64,000 bases of DNA from Clostridia bacterium (GCA_017399265.1 JAFQDL010000006.1:4666-68665); one strand, 5' to 3'. Shown: positions 47,711-58,213, counted from the stretch's first letter. A program made the numbers and translations. The notes: generated by a model not told the origin, from the letters alone.

Positions 47711-49578
47711 ATTACGTATTCACATTTATTTTTGTTATCGATAAATTCATTTTCGTAAAAGTTATATTGGTAGTCAATAAAATTTTTATCTTTTTTTGCA
47801 GTGTTAATAGCGTTGCGGTAAATTAAAGCATTTTTATAGTCGGTAACGCTATAACACAATGCTTTTTTCAACTTGTCTATAATGTAATCAACTGTTTTTA
47901 TACTATTTTGTGTTGATTCTTCTGTGGTTAAATCAGGTTGTGTGATTGTTTCCATATTTTTAAGAATATCGAGGTCGTGATTTATCTTAGATTGTCTCTT
48001 ACTTTGTTCTATTGTAAAATCTATGATAAATGAGTTGTTTTCATTTTGTACTAAAAATTTATCACTTCCTTTTCCTTGAGGAGTAATTATTACCCTATCT
48101 ATTTCTCTGCTTTCGTGATTTATTGCATGAAGAGTATAAGAATTTGTTGAAGGGTTGATCTCTACATAGATTTCTCTCTCTTTTTCTCTGCTAAAATCGC
48201 TAGTGCATAATTCAATTCCTTGTTGTGTATTTTTTGCTAACAAATGCTTGGAATTGCCTTTATAGGAAACAAAAAATTCCTCTTTATTACATGCTTGAAG
48301 TATAAAATCTGAGTCAGGCAAATAAAATAATTTATTTGTGTTATCTGCATTATCCGCTATAACATCTCTTAAAAGTGTATAAAATATTCTACGATCTTCT
48401 ACATTAGTGGTTTTTGAAGCAGCTACTGATTGAATAGTAGCTTTAATTTCTAAATCGTATTTGTCTCCATCTCTTATATCTTCATCTATAATAGGTGCCT
48501 TTGCTTTAATTGCACTTATTATGTCTACGATTTTTTCTGTCGAATAATTATTTGGGTTTTGTTTAATGTTATTGAGTATTGTAGTACATACTATATCTTG
48601 TGCTCTATTATAGTCAGGGTCTGTTTTGTAATCAAGAGTGGCGTTTGATAGTTGCCATTTTGTATGAAATTCGTTGCAATAATCATTTATTAGTCTAAAG
48701 TTGTCTTCTCCAAAAACTGCCGCGTAATTATCTAAATTTGATTTTAAGAAGTTCCTAAAATTAATGTTACCACCAGTAATTTTGTTAAGGAATTTGATCA
48801 TTTTTACTTGCGGTAAATATGCATTGTAAGAATCAGGATATATTAAGTTTGTTAAATATTCGGTAAAGCCTTCTTTGATAAATTGGTGATTATCATTAAC
48901 TAAAATATTACCCAGTGTAGGTTTGGAAATAATATTGCTGCTGCAATCTAAAACAAGAGTATATAAATTATTATCATAGTCTTCTTGTAAATAATCTATA
49001 ATTTTTAATTTTTTTGGAGTTGAATTTTCAATATATGAAAGTTCTGATATTCCAAAAACTAAAAAATGTATGAATTCATGGCAAATAGTTGACTCTGAAT
49101 CAATTCCAGGTTGTACATATTGTGGATTCATTTCTAGATAGCAATAATCTTTGGCGTCTCTTGTTATTTGTCCTGCGTAACTTGTATCAGTTTCGTCAAT
49201 TATAATGTTAAAACTTTGGCTACCATCAAGAATAGAGTTTATTATTTGATTATAATCCACCTCATCATAATAATGATTTTTTGTAAAATATTCATCCATT
49301 CTACTTAGTGCGTTGCCAAAAGATTTTGCCAAAGATACTATATTGTTTAATCTCATTTGCATGTTTTCTTCGCTTGCTTCCTCAAAAGAACTATACCCAA
49401 ATTCAAAATTGGGTAGTTGTTCTCGTAGCTTTAGAAGAGGTGTGGTTCCTTTATCGAATTGAGGTCGCTGGTTTTCTGGGATAAAATAATTATCAAAATG
49501 AATTTTTTTATAATTGCCTAATTCTTTTACTTTTCGTTTTCTTCTTTCCAAAAACACATTTATTACGTCTTTTTTCAT
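47707..49578 (-). CDS. Large hypothetical protein with HExxH...E zincin-like motif, paralog 2 (623 aa)
   Basis: CHEFIHF and IKEGFTE are present. Blocks shared with paralog 1 include LPNF.., MDE(H/Y)F.K...YD.VDY, TDPDYNRA(H/Q)DI(I/V)CT.ILN.IK, and AP I.DE(N/D)I..G.KY.LEIKA.IQ.VAA.KT.N.EDR. Confidence 0.7.
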   Translation of the reverse strand: MKKDVINVFLERRKRKVKELGNYKKIHFDNYFIPENQRPQFDKGTTPLLKLREQLPNFEFGYSSFEEASEENMQMRLNNIVSLAKSFGNALSRMDEYFTKNHYYDEVDYNQIINSILDGSQSFNIIIDETDTSYAGQITRDAKDYCYLEMNPQYVQPGIDSESTICHEFIHFLVFGISELSYIENSTPKKLKIIDYLQEDYDNNLYTLVLDCSSNIISKPTLGNILVNDNHQFIKEGFTEYLTNLIYPDSYNAYLPQVKMIKFLNKITGGNINFRNFLKSNLDNYAAVFGEDNFRLINDYCNEFHTKWQLSNATLDYKTDPDYNRAQDIVCTTILNNIKQNPNNYSTEKIVDIISAIKAKAPIIDEDIRDGDKYDLEIKATIQSVAASKTTNVEDRRIFYTLLRDVIADNADNTNKLFYLPDSDFILQACNKEEFFVSYKGNSKHLLAKNTQQGIELCTSDFSREKEREIYVEINPSTNSYTLHAINHESREIDRVIITPQGKGSDKFLVQNENNSFIIDFTIEQSKRQSKINHDLDILKNMETITQPDLTTEESTQNSIKTVDYIIDKLKKALCYSVTDYKNALIYRNAINTAKKDKNFIDYQYNFYENEFIDNKNKCEYVI

Positions 49579-49762
49579 TCACATCTCCCGAATAATATTG
49601 CAATAGTGTATTTATTATATGGTATTTAGAAGAGTTTGTCAATATTGAATTTTTGCTAGTATCAGATGGATAAAATGTAAATTTTAATTCTTTTATAATA
49701 TAATTTGACATAAAGTAGATGTTAATTGTACAATATGATATATTTTTTGTAAGGAGATAATT

Positions 49763-50521
49763 ATGTTCGGTACAAAACATATTATTATTTTAGTTGTTTC
49801 ACTAATTTTGATTGTAGGATTATATTTCGTTACTAGAAAGTGGAAGTTTTCTACTATTTGTAAGAGTTTGTTTGCTATTGGGATAGTATCTGAAATTATA
49901 AAAATATTTTTCTATATTGTAAGGAATGAAGAGAAATTTGGGGGAGTGCTACCTAAAACAGATTTGCCTTTTCATTTATGCTCAATCCAAATTATTTTGA
50001 TAGCAGTAATTTGCATTTCTAAAAATGAGAAATTTAAGAGAATGATATTAAGTTTTATGCTTCCTAGTTGTTTGTTTGGTGGTATTGCTGCAATATTAAT
50101 CCCTACAACTACAGCTCTTGGAAGTTGGATAATTACCTTCCAGTATTTCTTATATCATATAGCTTTAGTAATTTTTTCTTTACATATATTTACTACAAAA
50201 GAATTTAAGTTGACAGTTAAAGATTACAAGAATTGCTTAATTTTCTTATTAGGATTAATGTTCTTTGCTATATATATTAACTCAATAATTTATGATGGAG
50301 AGAGTAATATCAACTTTATGTATGTAGTAGGACCTCCTCAAGAAGGGTTACCATTCTTAAATAAAGATAAAGGTTGGTTAGTATATATTTTAAGATATGC
50401 AGGATTAATATTGACTTGTGTGACGTTAACTTATATCAAACCAATAATATATGCAATTAAGTCAAAGTTTACAAAAAAAGAAATACATGAAAATAAATTA
50501 GAAGAGTCAAGCGAAGAATAA
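49763..50521 (+). CDS. YwaF-like (TIGR02206-type) polytopic membrane protein, paralog 2
   Basis: The product has about 7 TM helices and the LPFHLCS motif. An upstream element reads TTGACA-N17-TACAAT. It is divergent from the 623-aa gene. Confidence 0.5.
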   Translation: MFGTKHIIILVVSLILIVGLYFVTRKWKFSTICKSLFAIGIVSEIIKIFFYIVRNEEKFGGVLPKTDLPFHLCSIQIILIAVICISKNEKFKRMILSFMLPSCLFGGIAAILIPTTTALGSWIITFQYFLYHIALVIFSLHIFTTKEFKLTVKDYKNCLIFLLGLMFFAIYINSIIYDGESNINFMYVVGPPQEGLPFLNKDKGWLVYILRYAGLILTCVTLTYIKPIIYAIKSKFTKKEIHENKLEESSEE

Positions 50522-50523
50522 GA

Positions 50524-50563
50524 TAAAAGCCTTAGTATTGTTATTAAGGCTTTTTCTTTTTTT
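50524..50563 (+). terminator. Rho-independent terminator
   Basis: The stem aaagcctta/taaggcttt is followed by a T-run. Confidence 0.7.
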
Positions 50564-50724
50564 AAATTTAAATCGAATAAATATTGACATGAAAATGTTT
50601 TAGTTGTAAACTATATCGTAGTTAAGATTTAAATAGAGCCAATTTACAAGTATCATAAGAGTTGATATTAAAGATTGTCTTGTTTTGTCCTAATTAATTT
50701 AATAAGAAATATACGGAGGAAGAA

Positions 50725-51783
50725 ATGTTTAAGTATTTATTAAACGCAGAAACAAATGAAGTTGCTACATTTATAGACAAAGTTGTTGAATGGTGTACTA
50801 CGACTGGTTTAAATATTTTGACTAAATTAATTGTTGCACTTCTTATCTGGTGGATATCTTTTAAAATTATTAACGTTGTATTTAAGAAATTAAATAAAAA
50901 GTTAACTGAAAAGAAAGTAGACACAACCATTAGAGAAACTGCAGTAGGATTCGGTAGAAAAGGATTAAAGTTATTAGTTCTAATTGTAATCATTACATAT
51001 CTTGGTGTAGAAATGTCAAGTATTGTAGCATTAATTACATCTATTGGTATTACTGTAGGTCTTGCATTACAAGGATCACTTTCAAACTTTGCAGGTGGTG
51101 TAATTATATTAGTAATGAGACCATTTAGAATAGGTGATTTTGTAGAATTTGGTGGCGATAGTGGTACTGTTGAGAAAATCCAATTATTTTACACAACTTT
51201 AAGAACTGCAGATAATAAAGTAATCATTGTCCCTAATAGTACAGCTAGTAGTACAACTATTACTAATTACTCTATGAAAGATACAAGAAGAGTGGACATG
51301 GTGTTCTCTATTGCTTATGAAAATGATTTTAGAAAAGCAAAGAGAATTATTAATAAAGCTGTTGAAAATCATATGGACATGATTTTGGCAGATCCAGCTC
51401 CTTTTGTTAATATTGGAGCTCATGGTGCTTCATCAATCGATATTTATTGTCGTGTATGGGTTAAATCTGCTGATTATTGGACTTTAAAATTTGCTATGCT
51501 TGAAGAAATTAAGTTGGAATTTGATAGAAATGGAATTATAATTCCTTATAATCAAGTTGACGTACATATTAAAGATGATGCAACTCTACCTAATCCAATT
51601 GATGAAAACGATGAATTAGTTAAAGAAGAAATAGCGTTTGAAAAGCATGCTGCAGAAGAAAAAGCAGAAAAGTTAGCTTTGAAAAAAGCAGAGGAAGAGC
51701 GTATTGAACAAGAGCTTGAAAACAAAAAACTTACTACAAAAATAAAGAAGATTGTTCACGCTAAAGACAAAAAGAAAAAGTAA
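50725..51783 (+). CDS. Small-conductance mechanosensitive channel (MscS family)
   Basis: Three TM helices are followed by a beta domain (RPFRIGDFVEFGGDSGTVEKIQLFYTTLRTADNKVIIVPNS). The C-terminal tail is lysine- and glutamate-rich. Confidence 0.85.
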   Translation: MFKYLLNAETNEVATFIDKVVEWCTTTGLNILTKLIVALLIWWISFKIINVVFKKLNKKLTEKKVDTTIRETAVGFGRKGLKLLVLIVIITYLGVEMSSIVALITSIGITVGLALQGSLSNFAGGVIILVMRPFRIGDFVEFGGDSGTVEKIQLFYTTLRTADNKVIIVPNSTASSTTITNYSMKDTRRVDMVFSIAYENDFRKAKRIINKAVENHMDMILADPAPFVNIGAHGASSIDIYCRVWVKSADYWTLKFAMLEEIKLEFDRNGIIIPYNQVDVHIKDDATLPNPIDENDELVKEEIAFEKHAAEEKAEKLALKKAEEERIEQELENKKLTTKIKKIVHAKDKKKK

Positions 51784-51788
51784 AAGTT

Positions 51789-51830
51789 AAAAATGCAGTT
51801 AAATATCTCTTTTAACTGCATTTTGTTTTG
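51789..51830 (+). terminator. Rho-independent terminator after the MscS gene
   Basis: A 13-bp stem (aaatgcagttaaa/tttaactgcattt) is present. Confidence 0.75.
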
Positions 51831-51837
51831 ATTAATT

Positions 51838-52407
51838 ATGAATAAAAAATTTTTGGTTGTTATCTCAATATTATTTTTACCTATAACATTACTATTTTTT
51901 ATAGTAAAATTTTTTATCAAACTTATAGAAAACAAACGAATAAAATCGTTTTTAAATGGGATTACAATCAATGATATAGATGCGATTACCGGTTATCAAT
52001 TTGAAGAAATAGTAGCTTATTTATTCAATTATTTTAGATTTAAGGCAAAGACTACTAAGCGTTCTGGAGATTATGGAGTAGATATATTTGCCACAAAAAA
52101 CAATATTAAATATTGTATTCAAACTAAATTGTATTTTGGTCACAAAGTTGGTTCTAGTGCTGTGCAAGAAATCAATACTGGAAAAAATTATTTTAATTGT
52201 GATTATGCCATAATTATGACTAATTCGTTTTATTCAAAACAGGCACTTGACATGTCTGATAAGCTTGGTATAATCTTATTTGATAGAAACGATGTTGCAA
52301 AATTACTATTAAATTATAAGAATAATAACAAGAGATATTTGAAGAAATTAATGGAGGTGAAGATCAATGGAAGAAATTCTACACATTTTATTACACGCGC
52401 TTATTGA
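51838..52407 (+). CDS. Membrane-anchored Mrr-like (PD-(D/E)xK) restriction endonuclease domain protein
   Basis: An N-terminal TM helix is followed by an Mrr_cat-like core (GYQFEEIVAYLF..., GDYGVDIFA, CIQTKLY, AIIMTNS.YS.QA). No obvious SD is present. It overlaps the next gene by 41 nt. Confidence 0.6.
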   Translation: MNKKFLVVISILFLPITLLFFIVKFFIKLIENKRIKSFLNGITINDIDAITGYQFEEIVAYLFNYFRFKAKTTKRSGDYGVDIFATKNNIKYCIQTKLYFGHKVGSSAVQEINTGKNYFNCDYAIIMTNSFYSKQALDMSDKLGIILFDRNDVAKLLLNYKNNNKRYLKKLMEVKINGRNSTHFITRAY

Positions 52408-53311
52408 TGTGTTAAAGATATTACCAGTTTTGTTTTTAATATACGTGTTTATAGAAGTAATAGAAAATAAATGTGCTAAAAACTGGAAAAAGCAGCATTT
52501 TCTTAACAATAAATTCTCTCCTCTGATTGCCTCTGGGGTGGGTATAATTCCGCAATGTGGATTTTCCGTTGTTGCTACTGATTTGTACTCTGAGAAGAAA
52601 ATAAGAATGGGTACATTACTTGCTATATATATAGCTACAAGTGACGAAGCAATACCTATATTACTTACTAGAAGTTATGAATTATCAGTCTTAAAATATT
52701 TGTTATTGCTGGTTGCGATAAAGTTTGTATTTGCTATAGTGGTTGGATATGTAGTAAATTTTGTTCAAGGAAGATTGAGTCAAAAGAAAGTTTTAGTTAT
52801 GGCGACATCTAAAGTAGAAGAAATACACGATCATGATGAACATTCTGAAGAAGAGCATAGTCAGTCTCATGACCATGATTATGGTTGTTGTGGGCACGAT
52901 GTAACAGAAGATACACCGACTTTTAAAAAATTTATATTACACCCGCTAAAGCATTGCTTGAAAATAACACTATTTATTCTTATTATAAACTTTATATTTG
53001 GAATACTTTTACATTATGTCGGTACAGATAATATTCAAAACTTTATGATGAGTACTTCTATATTTCAACCATTTATAGTAGGTCTGGTGGGGCTTATTCC
53101 CAATTGTGCTTCTAGTGTCATAATAACTAATTTGTTGTTAGAAGGTGGTATAACATTCGCATCTTGTGTATCTGGCCTTTGTGTAAACGCCGGTATAGCT
53201 CTTGTAGTATTATTTAGAACTAATAAGAATATAAAATCCAATATTCTTATTGTTTCGTTATTATATACGTTAAGTGTATTACTTGGATTTGTTTTACAAT
53301 TTATAGTATAG
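52367..53311 (+). CDS. Polytopic membrane protein with His/Cys-rich cytoplasmic loop (putative metal transporter, ArsP_2/DUF2899-like)
   Basis: The product has about 8-10 TM helices and a central loop HDHDEHSEEEHSQSHDHDYGCCGHD. The SD is ggaggtg. The family name is from memory only. Confidence 0.5.
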   Translation: MEEILHILLHALIDVLKILPVLFLIYVFIEVIENKCAKNWKKQHFLNNKFSPLIASGVGIIPQCGFSVVATDLYSEKKIRMGTLLAIYIATSDEAIPILLTRSYELSVLKYLLLLVAIKFVFAIVVGYVVNFVQGRLSQKKVLVMATSKVEEIHDHDEHSEEEHSQSHDHDYGCCGHDVTEDTPTFKKFILHPLKHCLKITLFILIINFIFGILLHYVGTDNIQNFMMSTSIFQPFIVGLVGLIPNCASSVIITNLLLEGGITFASCVSGLCVNAGIALVVLFRTNKNIKSNILIVSLLYTLSVLLGFVLQFIV

Positions 53312-53319
53312 GAGATAAA

Positions 53320-53868
53320 ATGAAAAAATTATTATTACATAGTTGCTGTGGTCCATGTAGTAGTGGTGTACTTGAAGATTTATGCAAAGAGTACGATGTG
53401 ACGATTTATTTCTATAATCCGAACATTTTTCCATTAGAAGAATACATTAAACGATTAGAAGCACAAAAGCAATTGCTCTTAGAATTAAATAATCTAGGAT
53501 ATGATATAAAACTCGTAGAAGCAGAGTATAATCAGGAAGACTTTGATAATGTAGTTAAAGGTTTAGAAAATTGTAAAGAGGGTGGCGACAGGTGTACAAA
53601 ATGCTTTGAGTTGAGATTGGATAATACTTGTAAATACGCGAAGAATAATAATTATGACATATTTACAACTACTATGTCTGTTAGCCCTCACAAGAATTTT
53701 GAGTTGCTTAATTCTATCGGCGAAGAGTTATCTAAAAAATATAATATAGATTATTTATGGGCAAATTTTAAGAAAAATAATGGATATTTAAAATCTATAA
53801 ACAATAGTAAAAAATATAATATATACAGGCAGAACTACTGCGGTTGTAGATATTCTGTTTGGAAATAA
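53320..53868 (+). CDS. queH: Epoxyqueuosine reductase QueH (DUF208)
   Basis: The motif LLHSCCGPCS is present, along with the later CxxC (CTKCFELR) and CGC. The length of about 180 aa fits. Confidence 0.8.
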   Translation: MKKLLLHSCCGPCSSGVLEDLCKEYDVTIYFYNPNIFPLEEYIKRLEAQKQLLLELNNLGYDIKLVEAEYNQEDFDNVVKGLENCKEGGDRCTKCFELRLDNTCKYAKNNNYDIFTTTMSVSPHKNFELLNSIGEELSKKYNIDYLWANFKKNNGYLKSINNSKKYNIYRQNYCGCRYSVWK

Positions 53869-53949
53869 ATTAAACTATTTAAAATAAATTTACAACTTTT
53901 TTAAGATATGTTAATATATCTTTAATGAATAAAAAAAGGAGTATATTTT

Positions 53950-54231
53950 ATGTCAAAACAAACAAAAACAGTTTCAACTTTTAGTTGGAGTAAAGTCTTA
54001 AGAGTATTGTCTTATTGGTCAGTTGTTCTTATTGGTATTGCTTTGCTTCTATCTAAAATCATTCCAACAAGCATTGGGGCATCTATCCAATTGATTGGTA
54101 ATGTGTTAGCATATATTGTAGTACTAGCTTCTTCATTTGGATATGCAATGTATAAGAGAAATTTATGGTATTTCTTGATTTGGGCTGTTGCGCTAGTTCT
54201 TATTGTAGTATTTGTTATTCTTGCTCTATAA
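53950..54231 (+). CDS. Small membrane protein (93 aa, 3 TM)
   Basis: The SD is aaggag. Hydrophobic helices are present. Confidence 0.5.
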   Translation: MSKQTKTVSTFSWSKVLRVLSYWSVVLIGIALLLSKIIPTSIGASIQLIGNVLAYIVVLASSFGYAMYKRNLWYFLIWAVALVLIVVFVILAL

Positions 54232-54604
54232 TGGTAAAATCGTGAAAAAAATAAAGAAGTATTTCAAAAATTTGTTTTCCAAAAAGGTTAATATTGTGCT
54301 TGCTAGTTTGATAGGTGTCATTGTGATAATGATGATAATTCCTATTAGACATGAGTATTATATAAAGACGGTAGTTGGCTTAATTGCAATCTCAATGTTT
54401 GTAGTAGCATTTAAATTTTTTCAAAAATATAAAGAAGAAAAAAAGAGATTTGAAGCAATCGAATGTCAAACGCAAGAATCAAGAAATATATTTAAGAGAA
54501 TGAGCTCAGGAATCAGGTCGATTGACTATAAGAGTCACAAAGTATCAGCAATCTTATTTATAGCTTTTGGACTAATGTTTATAGTGTATATTTTTATTAA
54601 ATAA
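54212..54604 (+). CDS. Small membrane protein (about 120-130 aa)
   Basis: Three hydrophobic helices flank a charged loop. The start is uncertain, either ATG 54212 or in-frame GTG 54242. Confidence 0.4.
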   Translation: MLFLLYNGKIVKKIKKYFKNLFSKKVNIVLASLIGVIVIMMIIPIRHEYYIKTVVGLIAISMFVVAFKFFQKYKEEKKRFEAIECQTQESRNIFKRMSSGIRSIDYKSHKVSAILFIAFGLMFIVYIFIK

Positions 54605-54700
54605 TGATTAAAAGAGAATATATTTGTAAATTTATAATTGCAAATATATTTTTTTTGTGGTATAATTCCCTCGCGAGTAAAAAATTTAAGGAGAAAATTA

Positions 54701-55984
54701 ATGAAATACACATTCAAAAAGTTAGAAAATAAAAATGTTGAAATCGAAATGACTTTAACTAATCAAGAATGGGAAACTGAATTAAATAATGCATACAATA
54801 AAAACAAAGCAAAATTTGCAGTTGAGGGTTTTAGAAAAGGTAAAGCACCTAGAAAAGTTATTGAAAAAGCTTATGGTCCAGAAGTATTCTACGAAGAAGC
54901 AATCGGCGAGGGCTTTTACAAAAACTATATGATTATACTAGATAAAGAAAAAGAAATAGACCCAGTAGATGCTCCTATGCTATCTGTTAAGTCTTTAGAC
55001 GAAAAGGGTATTGTTATCGTTGCAGAAATTACTGTTAAGCCAGAAGTTAAGCTTGGTGCATACAAAGGATTAAACATTGTTGTAGAGCCTAAGAAGATTA
55101 CTGACAAACAAGTAATGGCAGAGATTGATAGAGTAAAAGAACAACAAGCAAGACTTGTAGAAAAAGATGCAGATGCTACAGCAGCTATGGGAGATATTGT
55201 TAATTTAGATTTCGAAGGTAGTGTAGATGGTAAGAAATTCGATGGCGGCACTGCACAAGGATACGAATTAGAGTTAGGCTCACATTCTTTTATCGATACA
55301 TTCGAAGATCAATTGGTAGGCTTAAAGGCTGGAGAGGAGAAAGTTGTTAAAGTTACTTTCCCAGAAAATTACCAAGTAGAAGCTCTTGCTGGTGCACCTG
55401 CAGAGTTCAAATGCAAAATTAATGCTATTAAATTCAAAGAATATCCAGAAGTTAACGATGAATTTGCTAGCAATGTTAGTGAGTTTGAAAACCTTAAAGA
55501 TTACAAAGCATCTATTAAGGAAAAACTTGAGAACCAAGCTGCAAATGATGCAAAGATTGAAAGAGAGAATAAGATCATTGATGAAATCGTTAAAGGTATG
55601 GAAGTTACTATTCCTGCATGCATGATTGAAAGTGAAATTGATGACATGATGCAAAATGTTAGCCAACAATTAATGTATCAAGGTATTACTTTAGAAAATT
55701 ATCTAAAGATGACTAACACATCTATGGAAGATTTAAGAAAAACATACAAGAAACAAGCTGAACATTCTGTAAAAGTAAGACTTGCTTTACAAGAAATTAT
55801 CAAACTTGAGAAACTTGACGTTACTAAAGAAGAATACGATGCTAAAGTAAAAGAAATGGCAAAGAGAATTAATAAGACTATCAAAGATTTAAAGGCTAGC
55901 TTCACAGAACAAAGAATTGCTAATATCAAAAATGATATCTTATTCCACAAATTAGTAGATTTTTTGCTAGAAAATAATGCATAA
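54701..55984 (+). CDS. tig: Trigger factor
   Basis: The ribosome-binding motif GFRKGKAP and a central FKBP domain (NLDFEGSVDGKKFDGG) are present. It lies in tig-clpP-clpX synteny. I prefer the start at MKYTFKK, after SD aaggag. Confidence 0.93.
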   Translation: MKYTFKKLENKNVEIEMTLTNQEWETELNNAYNKNKAKFAVEGFRKGKAPRKVIEKAYGPEVFYEEAIGEGFYKNYMIILDKEKEIDPVDAPMLSVKSLDEKGIVIVAEITVKPEVKLGAYKGLNIVVEPKKITDKQVMAEIDRVKEQQARLVEKDADATAAMGDIVNLDFEGSVDGKKFDGGTAQGYELELGSHSFIDTFEDQLVGLKAGEEKVVKVTFPENYQVEALAGAPAEFKCKINAIKFKEYPEVNDEFASNVSEFENLKDYKASIKEKLENQAANDAKIERENKIIDEIVKGMEVTIPACMIESEIDDMMQNVSQQLMYQGITLENYLKMTNTSMEDLRKTYKKQAEHSVKVRLALQEIIKLEKLDVTKEEYDAKVKEMAKRINKTIKDLKASFTEQRIANIKNDILFHKLVDFLLENNA

Positions 55985-56047
55985 TAAATTTTACTTTGGA
56001 AATAGATTAATTATAAGTTACAAAATTATAAATTCGAGGTGTAGACT

Positions 56048-56632
56048 ATGTTAATCCCTATGGTTGTTGATCAAACAAGCGCTGGAGAAAGAAGTTACGA
56101 TATATATAGTAGACTTTTAGAAGATAGAATTATTTTCCTAACTGGTGAGATTACTGATGCTGTTGCAAATACAGTAGTTGCACAACTTATATATCTAGAA
56201 GCTAAAAATCCAAATAAGGATATTAGCTTATATATCAATAGTCCGGGCGGAAGCGTATCAGCAGGGTTTGCAATATATGATACAATGCAATATATCAAAT
56301 GTGATGTTTCTACTATTTGTGTTGGGCTTGCAGCATCTATGGGCGCGTTCTTGCTTTCTGGTGGTACTAAGGGCAAGAGATTTTGCTTACCAAATGGAGA
56401 GGTAATGGTACACCAACCATTAGGCGGAGCTCAAGGTCAAGCATCTGATATTATTATTACAGCCAATCACATAAAGAGGACTAAGGATAAGTTGATAGAT
56501 ATATTATCTAAGAATACTGGTCAATCTGTTAAGAAATTAGAAAAGGACTTAGATAGAGACAATTTTATGACAGCAACTGAAGCTTTAGAATATGGTCTTG
56601 TAGATAAAGTGATTGAACCTAGAAAAAAATAA
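56048..56632 (+). CDS. clpP: ATP-dependent Clp protease proteolytic subunit
   Basis: The motif [18 protein letters not shown] is present, with the catalytic Ser context [11 protein letters not shown] and MVHQPLGG. Confidence 0.97.
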   Translation: MLIPMVVDQTSAGERSYDIYSRLLEDRIIFLTGEITDAVANTVVAQLIYLEAKNPNKDISLYINSPGGSVSAGFAIYDTMQYIKCDVSTICVGLAASMGAFLLSGGTKGKRFCLPNGEVMVHQPLGGAQGQASDIIITANHIKRTKDKLIDILSKNTGQSVKKLEKDLDRDNFMTATEALEYGLVDKVIEPRKK

Positions 56633-56638
56633 ATTTAT

Positions 56639-56667
56639 AGCCAACTACTATGTTGGCTTTTTTTTTG
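56639..56667 (+). terminator. Rho-independent terminator after clpP
   Basis: The stem agccaac/gttggct is followed by a T9 run. Confidence 0.7.
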
Positions 56668-56792
56668 CAAAATATGGTTAAATACAGCAAAAAGATTTTA
56701 CAAAATACATTATTTTGTTTAAACTATTCGAGTATATAAATGTAAAATTTATCGTATAATTATTAAGATAAAATTTGAAGGAGTAAATTTTA

Positions 56793-58052
56793 ATGGCTAA
56801 CAAAATAGAGATGCTATGTTCCTTTTGTGGACGACCACAAACTCAAACTAAGAAACTTATTTCTAGCCCAGATGGTGCTAGTTTTATATGTGAAGACTGT
56901 GTTAATATCTGTAAAGATATGTTAAAAGACGAAATTAAATCGGTTGTCGAAAACAAAATAGATTTGCCTACACCAGAAGAATTAAAGAAGAAATTGGACG
57001 AATATATCATAGGGCAAGACGAAGCTAAGAAAGTATTAAGTGTAGCAGTTTATAATCACTATAAGCGTATTAACTATAATGTAGAGGCGGCATTATCAGA
57101 CCAAGAACAATTGGATTTGGAAAAGAGTAATGTACTTCTTATTGGCCCTACTGGAACGGGAAAAACAATGCTTGCAAGGACTTTGGCAAAGATATTAAAG
57201 GTTCCATTTGCAACAGCAGATGCAACGACTTTGACAGAAGCTGGATATGTGGGTGAGGATGTAGAAAATATATTGTTAAAACTTATCCAAAATGCTGATT
57301 ATGACATAAAGAAGGCAGAACGTGGTATAATATATATAGATGAAATAGACAAAATCACTCGTAAAAGTGAAAATCGTAGTATTACAAGAGATGTAAGTGG
57401 AGAAGGTGTGCAACAAGCCCTTCTAAAGATTATAGAGAGTACAGTTGCTTCTGTTCCACCACAAGGCGGAAGAAAACACCCTCACCAAGAGCTTCTTCAA
57501 ATTGATACTAGCAATATATTGTTTATCTGTGGTGGTGCATTTGTAGGATTAGACAAGATTATTGAAAAACGTACAAGTATTAGTTCACTTGGCTTTAATT
57601 CTAATATAGAGGCAGAAAAAGAAATCAAGATGGCGGAATTAATAGACCAAATTCAACCACAAGACTTAATTAAATTTGGTCTTATTCCAGAATTTGTTGG
57701 TAGGCTTCCAATAGTAGTTGGCTTGAATGAATTGGATAAGAATGCATTGGTAAAAATTATGGTTGAGCCTAAGAATGCAATTATTAAGCAGTATCAGACT
57801 ATGTTCAAATTAGATGGCGTTGAGTTAGAGTTTACACCAGAAGCAATTGAGGCTGTTGCTAACAAGAGTATTGAATTAAAGACAGGAGCAAGAGGATTAA
57901 GGACAATACTTGAGTCCAGTATGTTGGATTTAATGTTCATGACTCCTGGAGATAAAAATATTAAGAAGATTATATTAGACAAAGAAGCTATAATTGGTAA
58001 AGTTCAGCCAACGCTTATTAAAGAAAAGGTTAATCAAATAGAATCTGCTTAA
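56793..58052 (+). CDS. clpX: ATP-dependent Clp protease ATP-binding subunit ClpX
   Basis: The N-terminal zinc finger CSFCGR...CEDC is present, with Walker A GPTGTGKT, Walker [10 protein letters not shown], and the IGF-type loop (LGF). Confidence 0.97.
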   Translation: MANKIEMLCSFCGRPQTQTKKLISSPDGASFICEDCVNICKDMLKDEIKSVVENKIDLPTPEELKKKLDEYIIGQDEAKKVLSVAVYNHYKRINYNVEAALSDQEQLDLEKSNVLLIGPTGTGKTMLARTLAKILKVPFATADATTLTEAGYVGEDVENILLKLIQNADYDIKKAERGIIYIDEIDKITRKSENRSITRDVSGEGVQQALLKIIESTVASVPPQGGRKHPHQELLQIDTSNILFICGGAFVGLDKIIEKRTSISSLGFNSNIEAEKEIKMAELIDQIQPQDLIKFGLIPEFVGRLPIVVGLNELDKNALVKIMVEPKNAIIKQYQTMFKLDGVELEFTPEAIEAVANKSIELKTGARGLRTILESSMLDLMFMTPGDKNIKKIILDKEAIIGKVQPTLIKEKVNQIESA

Positions 58053-58077
58053 AAAAAACATAGAATATTAATAAATT

Positions 58078-58109
58078 AAATGTCTAAAATATATTTAGAC
58101 ATTTTTTTA
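58078..58109 (+). terminator. Rho-independent terminator after clpX
   Basis: An 11-bp stem (aaatgtctaaa/tttagacattt) is followed by a T-run. Confidence 0.8.
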
Positions 58110-58213
58110 TTTTGCAAAAACTCCCCCGATTAGATATACTACTTAAGAGATTTATTAAAAGTAAATTTTAAATACTAAAACATATTGATACAATATCACA
58201 AGGAGAATTAACT

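Noticed and set aside
54212-54604. I considered treating the two small membrane-protein genes (53950-54231, 54212-54604) as a holin-like or toxin pair.
   Set aside because: The only evidence is generic hydrophobic helices. No lysin, antitoxin or phage context is present, and the start of the second gene is itself uncertain.
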